From: an uncultured bacterium
GTDB taxonomy: Bacteria > Patescibacteriota > Minisyncoccia > Phycocordibacterales > UBA9973
Direction: 5' to 3'
Length of the DNA: 64,000 nucleotides
NCBI GenBank assembly: GCA_903892035.1
Contig: CAITGV010000002.1
Span: 65,714 to 129,713, forward strand
How positions within the stretch are numbered: the first letter of the stretch is position 1; each line of letters starts with the position of its first letter. Positions 37,558 through 47,134 of the stretch are shown piece after piece. The position numbers and the translations under genes are program-made. The notes beneath the pieces were generated by a model that worked only from the letters and a program-made list of their open reading frames with translations, did not search any database and had not been told where the DNA came from.

Positions 37558-38853
37558 ATGAGAATATTATCTATTGAAACAAGTTGCGACGAGACATCTA
37601 TCGCAATTGTCGACGCAAAAGGTGGAATTAAAAATCCAGTATTTAAGGTGCTCGCGCACGAGACTGCTTCACAGATAGAACTTCATACACAATACGGAGG
37701 AGTTTTTCCAATGATGGCTAAGCGCGAGCATAGTAAAAATATTGTTCCGCTTTTTATTAAAGCATTGAAGAAAGCAAAAATGTTGTCGTATTCTTCCTCT
37801 CCTTTGGGGAGGTTAGGAGGGGTTCTTGAAAAAGCCCTCGTCCGTGAACCCGAAATGCTTGAAATATTTTTGCGTGAAATTCCTAAAATTAAAATTCCAA
37901 AAATTGATTTAATTGCCGTAACTGCCGGTCCAGGACTTGAGCCTGCACTTTGGGTTGGAATTAATTTTGCTCAAGCACTTGGCAAAGTTTGGAAAATACC
38001 AGTGAGACCAATAAATCACATGGAAGGACACGTCATGTCGGTTTTGATACAAAAACCGACAAAAATGTCTAAATCAGAATTTCTAATTTCTAAAAAAAAT
38101 ACTCAAAAGGTGGATGTGAAATTTCCTGCGATATCACTGCTTGTTTCTGGAGGACACACAGAAATTGTTTTAGTAAAAAATTGGATGGAATACAAAATGC
38201 TCGGTGCTACTCGCGACGACGCTGCAGGAGAAGCTTTTGATAAAGTGGCACGAATGCTTGACCTTCCCTATCCTGGAGGGCCTGAGATTTCGAGGTTAGC
38301 ACAAATCTACAGAAAAATGCTTGACTCGACCACACATAAAATCGTGCTCGATTTTTGCTCTGCTCAAGCCGTCGCTTTGCGCAAGGGTCTCCCTAAGCAT
38401 TTTTCTTCCGATATTCATTTCCCTCGACCGATGATCAATAGTAAAGATTTTGATTTTTCATTTTCAGGACTTAAAACTGCGGTTTTATATTACATACGAG
38501 ACAAATACAACCCCACCCTAGCCCTCTCCTTATCAAGGGAGGGAAAAATGCAAATAGCAAAAGAATTTGAAGATGCAGTTGTAGAAGTACTTGTTACAAA
38601 AACTTTACGTGCAGTTGAAAAATATGAAGCCAAAAGTTTAATTGTTGGTGGTGGAGTTTCCGCAAACAATGAACTACAAAATCAGTTAAAAAAACAAATA
38701 AAAAATAAAAAACTTTCCACAAAACTTTATTTGCCAATAAAAAACCTTTCCACCGACAATGCCCTTATGATAGCCCTCGCTGGATATTTTCGCTCAGTTC
38801 AAGGAAAAAAATATACTAAAAAAATCAAAGCCTCTGGAAACCTTGGTTTATAA
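37558..38853 (+). CDS. tsaD: tRNA N6-adenosine threonylcarbamoyltransferase TsaD (Kae1/Gcp family) with GC-rich insertions
   Basis: MRILSIETSCDETSIAIV, HMEGH, SGGHTE, GGGVSAN motifs; 431 aa versus about 340 typical, with three insert segments. Confidence 0.85.
   Translation: MRILSIETSCDETSIAIVDAKGGIKNPVFKVLAHETASQIELHTQYGGVFPMMAKREHSKNIVPLFIKALKKAKMLSYSSSPLGRLGGVLEKALVREPEMLEIFLREIPKIKIPKIDLIAVTAGPGLEPALWVGINFAQALGKVWKIPVRPINHMEGHVMSVLIQKPTKMSKSEFLISKKNTQKVDVKFPAISLLVSGGHTEIVLVKNWMEYKMLGATRDDAAGEAFDKVARMLDLPYPGGPEISRLAQIYRKMLDSTTHKIVLDFCSAQAVALRKGLPKHFSSDIHFPRPMINSKDFDFSFSGLKTAVLYYIRDKYNPTLALSLSREGKMQIAKEFEDAVVEVLVTKTLRAVEKYEAKSLIVGGGVSANNELQNQLKKQIKNKKLSTKLYLPIKNLSTDNALMIALAGYFRSVQGKKYTKKIKASGNLGL
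38512..38544. repeat. repeat family R4, copy b (inverse orientation), in-frame inside tsaD
   Basis: Reverse complement ccctcccttgataaggagagggctagggtgggg matches 13426..13459; encodes NPTLALSLSREGK, an insertion relative to other TsaD sequences. Confidence 0.7.
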
Positions 38854-38897
38854 GCTTTTAACTTCCAAAAATTCAATAAAAATGTTATATTTTTTCT

Positions 38898-41666
38898 ATG
38901 CCTCCACACAAAGAAATACCAGAAATACTACTGAAACCATACGACCCAAAAGCGACTGAATCTCGAATATATAAGCTCTGGGAAGAGAGTGGTTTTTTTA
39001 ACCCAGAAAATTGCATCGAAGCCGGAATAATAAAAGAGGATGCAAAGCCATTTACAATAATGATGCCACCACCAAATGTCACTGGAGTACTTCATATGGG
39101 ACACGCAATGATGATTACACTCGAAGACATTATGATTCGTTATAAAAGAATGCAAGGCTACCGCACTCTCTGGCTCCCTGGTACAGATCACGCAGCAATT
39201 GCTACTCAATCAAAAGTTGAAAAAGAAATTTGGAAAAAAGAAGGTTTAAGTAGGCACGATTTAGGTCGCGATGAACTTTTTCGTCGAACGTCTGAATTTG
39301 CACAAAAAAGTCACGATACAATTGTCTCCCAAATAAAAGTAATGGGCGCTTCTTGTGATTGGAGTCGTGAAGCATTTACTCTCGACAATAGCCGAAATTT
39401 GGCCGTAAATACAATGTTTAAAAAAATGTATGATGATGGGCTAATTTATCGCGGACATAGAGCTGTAAACTGGGATCCAAAAGGTCAGACGACAATTGCC
39501 GATGATGAAATAGTTTACGAAGAACGTAAAGCAAAAATTTATACTTTTAAATACTCAAAAGATTTTCCAATTTCAATTTCTACAACTCGCCCCGAAACAA
39601 AAGTTGGTGATACCGCAGTTGCAGTGCACCCCGAAGACGAACGCTATGCTAAATACATCGGTCAAACTTTTCATATTGATGATTTTTGTGGAGTTGCTCT
39701 TGATATAGTAATCATTGCAGATAAAATTGTTGAAAAGGATTTTGGTACAGGAGCTCTCGGTGTGACTCCCGCACATAGTATGACTGACTGGGAAATTGCC
39801 GACAGACACAACTTACCTCGACCACAAGTAATAAATGAATATGCAAAAATGATGGTGGGCGACGATCGTATAAAAGGTAAAAAAACCACCGATGCACGAG
39901 AAGTCATTGTCGAGTGGTTGAGAAATGAGGGACTTTTAGAAGCAGAAGAAGAGGTCTCGCAAAATGTCGGTACAGCAGAAAGAACTGGTGGCATCATCGA
40001 GCCACTTCCAAAACTTCAATGGTTCATCGCTGTAAATAAAGAATTTACTATTCCCTATTCTGAAATTCCTGGAATAAAATCTGGAGATAAAACCACATTA
40101 AAAGAAATTATGCGTAAAGCGGTTGAAAACGAATCGATAAAAATTTTACCAGACTATTTTAATAAAACATATTTTCATTGGATAGAAAATCTTCGTGATT
40201 GGTGTATTTCAAGACAAATCTGGTATGGCCACAGAGTGCCTGTATGGTACGACGGTGTGGGCACTGAAATAATGCCAAAGGAACGTTCAATTTATCTTGC
40301 TAGACATGGTCAATGCGAAGCAAATGTTAGTAATATTATTCCGACACAAAACGATGCAGACACTTCTCCATTAACTGACCTAGGAAAAGAACAAGCAAAA
40401 GCTCTCGGTGAATCCTTAAAAGATAAAAATATTACTCGTATCATTTGTTCTAAAATGAAACGTTCACAAGACACAGCAAAAATAGTGGCAGAAGTTTTGG
40501 GGCATTCTGATGAAATAATTGAAACATGGAACGATTTGCATGAAGTATGTTTCCCAGATGAGCTTGCGGGAAAAGAAAAATCAAAAAATTATAATCCCCT
40601 CGATGAATCTGTATCGCACGGAATGGGAGAGAGCTTAACCGAACTTGAAGATAGAGCTCGAGGTGTAATTGAAAAAATTATAAATTTAGGTAACCCAGGT
40701 GAAGTATTAATTGTGGGTCACGGAGGTTTTAATTCAATACTTAAAGCTGTGCATGATGGACTTCCAAAAGAAAAATTTGTTGAACATAGAAATGTGATGG
40801 GCGCAATGAAAAATGGTTCATGTTTATCACTGCATTTCATGCGTCTTCCTGATCAAGAAAAAGAGGGGCTTTTTCAAGATGAAGATACTCTTGATACTTG
40901 GTTTTCAGCTGGTATGTGGACGTTTTCAACTCTTGGTTGGCCAAACAAAACAGAAGATTTAAAAATTTACCATCCGACAGATGTGCTTGAAACTGGTTAC
41001 GAAATTCTCTTCTTCTGGGTTGCTAGAATGATTCTTATGTCTGGATATGCCTTGGGCACAATTCCATTTAAAAATGTTTACCTACACGGTACAGTTCGCG
41101 ATGGACAAGGTAGGAAAATGAGTAAATCACTTGGAAATGGTATAGACCCACTCGATATTGCAGATAAATACGGAGCAGATGCAGGACGAATGGCGATAAT
41201 AGTAGGAACAGCCGCTGGAACTGATAGCAAAATTTCAGAAGATAAAATTAAAGGCTACAAACATTTTGCAAATAAAATTTGGAATATTACACGTTTTGTA
41301 CTTTCAAATTCTGATATTAAAAATATTCACGCAACTCTAAATGAAAAGGATGGAGCTCTAACGCTCGCTCGTGACACAATATTTAGAGAAATTACAAATG
41401 AACTTGATGAATATAAATTTCACATTGCAACTGAAAAAATTTATCAATACATTTGGCATGAGTTTGCAGATAAAATACTCGAAGATAGTAAAATTATTTT
41501 TACAGATGGTAGTGAAAATGATAAAATTTCAAGAGAAGCTTTCCTACAAGAAACACTTCAGAAATGCTTAGTAGTATTGCATCCATTTATGCCTTACGTT
41601 ACAGAAGAAATTTGGAAAGTTACTGGAAACAACAGTTTGCTAATGATTGAAAAATGGCCTTCCTAA
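38898..41666 (+). CDS. valS: valyl-tRNA synthetase with an inserted histidine-phosphatase (PGM-family) domain
   Basis: PPPNVTGVLHMGH and KMSKSLGN class I motifs, ValRS editing and anticodon domains. Between GHRVPVWYDG and TLDTWFSAGMW (normally about 35 aa) lie about 200 aa with LARHGQCEAN, SKMKRSQDTA and LIVGHGGFNSIL motifs (about 40257..40888). Confidence 0.85.
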   Translation: MPPHKEIPEILLKPYDPKATESRIYKLWEESGFFNPENCIEAGIIKEDAKPFTIMMPPPNVTGVLHMGHAMMITLEDIMIRYKRMQGYRTLWLPGTDHAAIATQSKVEKEIWKKEGLSRHDLGRDELFRRTSEFAQKSHDTIVSQIKVMGASCDWSREAFTLDNSRNLAVNTMFKKMYDDGLIYRGHRAVNWDPKGQTTIADDEIVYEERKAKIYTFKYSKDFPISISTTRPETKVGDTAVAVHPEDERYAKYIGQTFHIDDFCGVALDIVIIADKIVEKDFGTGALGVTPAHSMTDWEIADRHNLPRPQVINEYAKMMVGDDRIKGKKTTDAREVIVEWLRNEGLLEAEEEVSQNVGTAERTGGIIEPLPKLQWFIAVNKEFTIPYSEIPGIKSGDKTTLKEIMRKAVENESIKILPDYFNKTYFHWIENLRDWCISRQIWYGHRVPVWYDGVGTEIMPKERSIYLARHGQCEANVSNIIPTQNDADTSPLTDLGKEQAKALGESLKDKNITRIICSKMKRSQDTAKIVAEVLGHSDEIIETWNDLHEVCFPDELAGKEKSKNYNPLDESVSHGMGESLTELEDRARGVIEKIINLGNPGEVLIVGHGGFNSILKAVHDGLPKEKFVEHRNVMGAMKNGSCLSLHFMRLPDQEKEGLFQDEDTLDTWFSAGMWTFSTLGWPNKTEDLKIYHPTDVLETGYEILFFWVARMILMSGYALGTIPFKNVYLHGTVRDGQGRKMSKSLGNGIDPLDIADKYGADAGRMAIIVGTAAGTDSKISEDKIKGYKHFANKIWNITRFVLSNSDIKNIHATLNEKDGALTLARDTIFREITNELDEYKFHIATEKIYQYIWHEFADKILEDSKIIFTDGSENDKISREAFLQETLQKCLVVLHPFMPYVTEEIWKVTGNNSLLMIEKWPS

Positions 41667-42367
41667 ACAATCAATTTGTTATAGCTCTTTTACTTGGTAT
41701 TGTACCTTCGCTTTTATGGTTACGTTTTTGGATGCGTGAAGATGATATAAATCCCCCACCCTCAAAACTTATTTTTATCACTTTTTTTATCGGTATGGCA
41801 ATGGTAATAGTTGTATTGCCGATGGAAAAATTTTTTCATGACCATATTTCAAATGCTCAGTACCTTACCGTTATTTGGGCTGGACTTGAAGAATTGGTAA
41901 AATTAGCTGCAGTGTTGCTTATTACACTTGGATCAAACGATATCGATGAGCCCGTAGACTTTCCAATTTTCTTTATGGCTTCTGCTTTAGGTTTTGCTGC
42001 ATTGGAAAATACACTTTTTATTCTTCACCCAGTTACAAGTCACAGCACAACAGTGTCACTACTAACAGGAAATTTGCGTTTTTTGGGTGCGACATTGCTT
42101 CATGCTACAGCTAGTGCGGTAATTGGAATTTCTCTTGGTTTAGTTTTCTTTAAAGATAAAATTTCAAAATTTTTTGCTGTAATTGTGGGAATTATTATCG
42201 CTACAGCCTTGCATAGTGTCTTTAATTTTTTTATAATAGATAGTAACGGAAAAGATTTTTTCAAAATTTTTGGTTTTCTTTGGATAATCACAATTATTAT
42301 AATGTTGCTTTTCGAAAAATTAAGAAGAATGAGTACAGCGATGTATGAAACCGAAACAGTTTCGTAA
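41654..42367 (+). CDS. PrsW-family intramembrane protease-like protein
   Basis: EELVKLAAV (EExxK), FAALEN, HATASA motifs in TM helices. Confidence 0.6.
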   Translation: MAFLNNQFVIALLLGIVPSLLWLRFWMREDDINPPPSKLIFITFFIGMAMVIVVLPMEKFFHDHISNAQYLTVIWAGLEELVKLAAVLLITLGSNDIDEPVDFPIFFMASALGFAALENTLFILHPVTSHSTTVSLLTGNLRFLGATLLHATASAVIGISLGLVFFKDKISKFFAVIVGIIIATALHSVFNFFIIDSNGKDFFKIFGFLWIITIIIMLLFEKLRRMSTAMYETETVS

Positions 42368-42392
42368 ATTTGCTTAAGCTTAAAATAAAATT

Positions 42393-42863
42393 ATGTCACA
42401 AAAACAATCTTTTTTTAAAAGAATGCTTGGCCAAGCAAAACTAGATGAAGATACAGAAGCTGTCGTATTAAACGGTAAGCAAATTCTTGATAAAGAAAAA
42501 GATAAAACTTCTTGGGCTGAAGAAGAGCAAGAAGAGGGTGAGCTCACAGTCGATGTGTACCAAACTGCCGGTGAAATTGTAGTTTCTACAATGGTTGCAG
42601 GAGTTCGCCCCGAAGACCTTCAGGTTACAATTACTCGCGACATGATCACCATAAAAGGCAAAAGAGAAGAAAATAAAACCATCAATCAAGAAAACTATTT
42701 TACAAAAGAATTGTACTGGGGATCATTTTCTAGAACAATATTACTTCCTCAAGAAATTGATCCTGAAGAAGCTGAAGCAATAGAAAAACACGGACTGCTT
42801 GTCATAAAGCTTCCAAAAGTGGATAAAGAGAAAAAGACAAATATTAAAGTTAAATCTGTTTAG
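42393..42863 (+). CDS. Hsp20/alpha-crystallin small heat-shock protein
   Basis: Alpha-crystallin domain: TVDVYQTAGEIVV...ITIKG...GSFSRTILLP...GLLVIKLPK. Confidence 0.85.
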   Translation: MSQKQSFFKRMLGQAKLDEDTEAVVLNGKQILDKEKDKTSWAEEEQEEGELTVDVYQTAGEIVVSTMVAGVRPEDLQVTITRDMITIKGKREENKTINQENYFTKELYWGSFSRTILLPQEIDPEEAEAIEKHGLLVIKLPKVDKEKKTNIKVKSV

Positions 42864-43720
42864 TTTACTACTTCTACAACTTCAATAATTTCGACAACTG
42901 ACGCAAGATTCTCATCTTGCGCTTTTGTTGCGTCAAAAGTCAAAAATGTTTTTAGATTTACTATCATTGCAAATGAATAACAAAGTGCAGCAAAGATTCC
43001 AGTAACAGTGATACCGATGAATGTGCCTTTTAGTAATACAGAAATAATTAATTGACCTACAAAAATCGCTACAAAAATTATAAATCCTAAAGCCAATTGA
43101 TACCAAACAGTCTTCCACCATCGTCCTTTAACGATACTTTTGCTGTAAGCCAATGCTTTTTTGTTACGTTCTGTTTTATTTAAAAAGACAGCAGAAGCTG
43201 CAAATTTCCAATAAACTGAGTATATAGTTGCAGGAATTAAATATAAAACTATAAATAACATGAGGGTTGATTTTAATGAACGTAAGTCACTTCCAGAATT
43301 TTTTGCACCAGCTAATACAATACCAGTGACAAAACCAAGTATAAAAATAAAAATTGTCTGCAAAAAAGCAGTAGTAAAAACTTTATTTAAAAAATTTACT
43401 GTATTACGATAATTATTTTTTAGACTGTACTCAGATTTTTCTTTATTTTCGTATTTAGCCTTAAAAAGAAAAGCTATGTATATCATTGGTCCATATGCAA
43501 GTACTATTATCAATATTGAAATAATTACATTTATGATTGCTGACATTAAATCAGATGGGTCTTGTGTAGTAAAAAATGCCATTACAATAAAACTAGCGAC
43601 GAGTAGTGGCAACATCAATTTTATTACCATTGATGAAATCTTATTTAGATTTTCTTTATAAAATGCCCATGAGTCAACTAAAATTTTTTTAATAGAATCG
43701 ATTTTTATATTTGTTTCCAT
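42860..43720 (-). CDS. hypothetical polytopic membrane protein
   Basis: 6-7 TM helices, no motif recognised. Confidence 0.45.
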   Translation of the reverse strand: METNIKIDSIKKILVDSWAFYKENLNKISSMVIKLMLPLLVASFIVMAFFTTQDPSDLMSAIINVIISILIIVLAYGPMIYIAFLFKAKYENKEKSEYSLKNNYRNTVNFLNKVFTTAFLQTIFIFILGFVTGIVLAGAKNSGSDLRSLKSTLMLFIVLYLIPATIYSVYWKFAASAVFLNKTERNKKALAYSKSIVKGRWWKTVWYQLALGFIIFVAIFVGQLIISVLLKGTFIGITVTGIFAALCYSFAMIVNLKTFLTFDATKAQDENLASVVEIIEVVEVVN

Positions 43721-43757
43721 AATAAATAATTAGATAATAATTAACACACAAAACTAT

Positions 43758-43830
43758 GTGCCTAGACCCAGGCTCGAACTGGGGACCTATCCCTCTTCAG
43801 GGGAGCGCTCTACCAACTGAGCTATCTAGG
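43758..43830 (-). tRNA. tRNA-Phe (anticodon GAA)
   Basis: Reverse complement GCCTAGATAGCTCAGTTGGTAGAGCGCTCCCCTGAAGAGGGAT...GTTCGAGCCTGGGTCTAGGCA; anticodon loop CTGAAGA. Confidence 0.85.
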
Positions 43831-43863
43831 CATTTAAAACTTTTTTTAATTTTTTGAAAAAAA

Positions 43864-44196
43864 TTATTTAACTGTATTTATCAGATCTTTTAGATGATTT
43901 ACATCAGGCAAAGAATTTGCTGAATTACTCAATTTATCCAGTGCATCTATCCCCCCACCTCCATAAATTGCAGTCAATTTACCTAGAGAAGGTGCTATAA
44001 GGTAATACGAACCCAAAGAAAGAGCGATAATCACTCCCCAATAGAAAATTCGAAACCATTTAGCCCTTTCCTGTGATCGACGAATTAAATGAAGCATCTT
44101 GTTATTTTCTTGTGTTAAAGCAAGATTTTCCTCAACAAGCTTTTTTAATTCAGGATCCATGTTGCCCAGTATAGCAAAAGACAAGGTTTTTTTCAA
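43864..44196 (-). CDS. hypothetical small membrane protein
   Basis: 110-aa ORF with one TM helix. Confidence 0.4.
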   Translation of the reverse strand: MKKTLSFAILGNMDPELKKLVEENLALTQENNKMLHLIRRSQERAKWFRIFYWGVIIALSLGSYYLIAPSLGKLTAIYGGGGIDALDKLSNSANSLPDVNHLKDLINTVK

Positions 44197-44198
44197 TG

Positions 44199-44270
44199 TG
44201 CCCTCAGTACGAATCGAACGTGCATCTATTCCTTAGGACGGAACTGTTCTATCCATTGAACTATGAGGGC
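44199..44270 (-). tRNA. tRNA-Arg (anticodon CCT)
   Basis: Reverse complement GCCCTCATAGTTCAATGGATAGAACAGTTCCGTCCTAAGGAAT...GTTCGATTCG...TGAGGGCA; anticodon loop GTCCTAA. Confidence 0.75.
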
Positions 44271-44284
44271 AAGCCCAGAGAGGC

Positions 44285-44524
44285 TTACATTTCAACTCCA
44301 AGGAGTTCAGCAACACGTGGTTTATTGAAACCAATAATAACTTCATCATCAATTTTTATTACTGGTACTCCCATTTGTCCCGTCATATCAATCATTTCTT
44401 TCCTTTTTGTCATATCATTTGAAACATTGAATTCTTTGAACTCAATTCCCTTTTCTTGAAAAAAATCCTTCGCCATATGGCAAAAATGGCATGTATTTGT
44501 AGTATATATTGAAACGTTTTTCAT
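44285..44524 (-). CDS. glutaredoxin/NrdH-like redoxin
   Basis: CHFC active site in IYTTNTCHFCHMAK, GVPVIKIDDEVIIGF; 79 aa. Confidence 0.8.
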   Translation of the reverse strand: MKNVSIYTTNTCHFCHMAKDFFQEKGIEFKEFNVSNDMTKRKEMIDMTGQMGVPVIKIDDEVIIGFNKPRVAELLGVEM

Positions 44525-44603
44525 ATTATTTTTCGCCCGAAGGCATTAATTAATAATTTATTGGACTATCATTATAGCACACAAAACATATGCGCAAAAT
44601 CTG

Positions 44604-44674
44604 TGCGGAATAGGAGAATCGAACTCCTGTCTCAACCTTGGGAAGGTCACATTTTGCCACTAAACTAATTCCGC
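44604..44674 (-). tRNA. tRNA-Gly (anticodon CCC)
   Basis: Reverse complement GCGGAATTAGTTTAGTGGCAAAATGTGACCTTCCCAAGGTTG...GTTCGATTCTCCTATTCCGCA; anticodon loop TTCCCAA. Confidence 0.75.
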
Positions 44675-44694
44675 ATTATTTTTAAATTATAATC

Positions 44695-45087
44695 TTAAAA
44701 TCCAAAAAAACTTTTTATAGACTGCCAGAATGTTTTTTGTGGTAGAGCATTTGAGGCAGTTGCTGTATTGTCTGTCTTTGGGTCATTATCAACAATGACC
44801 ACCAATCCCTCACCATCTTTCACAACTCTATATTTATCTCGAATATTTTCTTCAATACCTGCATTTGTACTTAATTTGTTTAAGTTATTGGTCAATGAAT
44901 TTTTATGATCAACCAATGCAGAAAGTGTGGCTTCGTCATTTTTTTTATCATTATTTAAAACATGATCTTTTTTTGCAATTGAATATACGCTTTTTACAAA
45001 AAAAATCAAAGCAACAATAAAAAACACCAAAACAAATCTGGAGTAAAATATCTTTTCAAAGCTTTTTTTGTGATTTAATTGAGCCAT
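44695..45087 (-). CDS. septum formation initiator FtsB/DivIC-like
   Basis: N-terminal TM, coiled-coil, C-terminal IEENIRDKYRVVKDGEGLVVI motif. Confidence 0.55.
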   Translation of the reverse strand: MAQLNHKKSFEKIFYSRFVLVFFIVALIFFVKSVYSIAKKDHVLNNDKKNDEATLSALVDHKNSLTNNLNKLSTNAGIEENIRDKYRVVKDGEGLVVIVDNDPKTDNTATASNALPQKTFWQSIKSFFGF

Positions 45088-45248
45088 TTTATAATTTCAG
45101 TTTATATGTTATAGTATAGCCTATATAATAATGTAACAAAAATATGCTTTTCAACAGAAAACACCAGAAAAAAATACAAATCTTTTGGACCATTTTATGT
45201 GGTCTTGTAATAGTATCAATGATTTTGCTTTACGCACTTCCAAGATAG

Positions 45249-47075
45249 CTATTCATTTCCCCCACTTCTCATCATTTTCAAAAACACTTCGTGAGGTATG
45301 TTTACCTTGCCACTTTCACGCATACGTTTTTTGCCTTTTTTCTGTTTTTCCAAGAGTTTCTTTTTTCGAGAAATATCTCCACCTCCGACAACCTTACTAC
45401 CGTGCATAAGCACGTCTTTTCTAAATGCTGAAAGAGTTCGTGATGAAAGAATTCTTCCTAAAGCATAGCCTTGGATTTTTGTAGAAAATTGTTGTCTTGG
45501 TAGAACACCGTGTAGTTTTTCTACAGCTTGCTCGGCTTCTTCATTGGCTTTCCTGCGTGACACGACACGAGTAAATGCTGGAACAACTTCGTCGGCAATT
45601 AAAATATCTAAACGTGTCACATCAGCTTTTCGAAGTTCTGCCATTTCATAAGAAATCGAAGCGAAACCTGCGGTAGTACTTTTCATTTCATCAAAAAAGT
45701 TTCGCATAAGCTCACGAAGTGGCATTGCAACGTGTATCTGTGAACGGTCTGCTCCAAAGTTTTCAGTCTCTCCAATTTCTGCTTCATGCTCGTAGAAAAG
45801 TTGCATCATGCTACCCAAATATTTTATTGGAGTGATAACCGTAATAGAAACCCAAGGTTCCAATACTTCTTCCATTTCTCCATCGTTTGGAAAAAGATGA
45901 GGCGAATAAACTGTAAGTAATTTTCCATTTCGAAGTTTTACAAAATATGTAATAGATGGAGTTGTAACAACTAACTCAAGATTGAATTCTCGGCGCAAAC
46001 GCTCTGTGACAATTTCCAAGTGAAGCATTCCAAGAAAACCAGCACGAAAACCGCGACCCAAAGAGCCTGAGGATTCTTCTTCAAAAGAAAAAGCTGAATC
46101 AGAAAGTTTCAAGCGAGACAAAGCCATTTTCAATTGATTGAAATCATCTTGACTTTCAGGATAAATTGAGGCCCAAACAACTGGTGTAGGTGTAAAATAT
46201 CCAGGAAATGCGGGCAGGTCACTTTTCCAACCTGTAATTGTATCTCCGACAGATGCAATACCTGGACGTTTGATTCCAGTGACTATGTAACCAATTTCCC
46301 CAGATGATAAAAGTGGTTGAGGTGATTCGTCTGGTGCAAAAGTTCCAACTTCTAGAGAAATAAATTTTTCACCTGCAACTTTAAACATCAATTCTTGATT
46401 TCGTGCCACAGAACCATCCAGAATTCTCACGTAAACAATAACACCCTTATGGTCAGAATATTTAAAATCAAAAACCAAAGCGCGAACATCATTTTTTCCT
46501 GTATAAGTTTCTGTTGGAGGTGGAACTCTTTTTATAACTTCAGATAAAAGTTCTGGAACACCTTCACCAGTTTTTCCTGAAACTAAAAGAATTTCATCAA
46601 GTGAACAATTTAAAAGTGACGCAACTTCAATACGTACTTCATCTACACGCGAAAGCGGTGAGTCGATTTTTGACAATACTGGAATTATCACAAGCCCAGA
46701 TTCGCGCGCCATTGCAAGAGTAGTAAGTGTTTGTGCTTGAACACCTTGAGTTGAATCCACAAGAAGAATTGAACCTTCGACAGCTTTCAGTGCTCGCGAA
46801 ACTTCATAAGAAAAATCAATATGCCCAGGAGTATCGATAAGATTTAATTCATAATCAATACCATCAAATTTATGGCTCATACGCACAGGTTGCATTTTTA
46901 TTGTGATACCGCGTTCACGTTCGAGTTCCATGTTATCTAGCACCTGAGCGCGCATTTTGCGCTTCTCAATGGTATTTGTAACCTCAAGCATTCTATCTGC
47001 CAAAGTACTCTTTCCGTGGTCTATATGAGCAATAATGCTGAAATTGCGTATATTCTGGAGTTCCATAAGCCTCAC
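45249..47075 (-). CDS. lepA: elongation factor 4 (LepA)
   Basis: IIAHIDHGKSTL, DTPGHIDF, LSKID; LepA-specific C-terminal domain. Confidence 0.9.
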   Translation of the reverse strand: MRLMELQNIRNFSIIAHIDHGKSTLADRMLEVTNTIEKRKMRAQVLDNMELERERGITIKMQPVRMSHKFDGIDYELNLIDTPGHIDFSYEVSRALKAVEGSILLVDSTQGVQAQTLTTLAMARESGLVIIPVLSKIDSPLSRVDEVRIEVASLLNCSLDEILLVSGKTGEGVPELLSEVIKRVPPPTETYTGKNDVRALVFDFKYSDHKGVIVYVRILDGSVARNQELMFKVAGEKFISLEVGTFAPDESPQPLLSSGEIGYIVTGIKRPGIASVGDTITGWKSDLPAFPGYFTPTPVVWASIYPESQDDFNQLKMALSRLKLSDSAFSFEEESSGSLGRGFRAGFLGMLHLEIVTERLRREFNLELVVTTPSITYFVKLRNGKLLTVYSPHLFPNDGEMEEVLEPWVSITVITPIKYLGSMMQLFYEHEAEIGETENFGADRSQIHVAMPLRELMRNFFDEMKSTTAGFASISYEMAELRKADVTRLDILIADEVVPAFTRVVSRRKANEEAEQAVEKLHGVLPRQQFSTKIQGYALGRILSSRTLSAFRKDVLMHGSKVVGGGDISRKKKLLEKQKKGKKRMRESGKVNIPHEVFLKMMRSGGNE

Positions 47076-47111
47076 TATAGCAAAAAATGCCTTAAATTAA
47101 AAGCTAACTTT

Positions 47112-47132
47112 TTTGGGAGCTTAGCTCCCAAA
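47112..47132. repeat. REP-like palindrome family P2 (tttgggagc-tta-gctcccaaa), copy a
   Basis: Perfect 9-bp arms, 3 bp after the RAYT copy 2 stop. Confidence 0.8.
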
Positions 47133-47134
47133 TG

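Noticed and set aside
38383-38410. Similarity between a tsaD insert (gcgcaagggtctccctaagc) and the terminator at 20285-20314
   Set aside because: Only short shared words (gcgcaag, cctaagc) in different order; not convincing as a repeat.
44196-44459. 87-aa plus-strand ORF
   Set aside because: Overlaps tRNA-Arg on the opposite strand and the glutaredoxin gene; no support.
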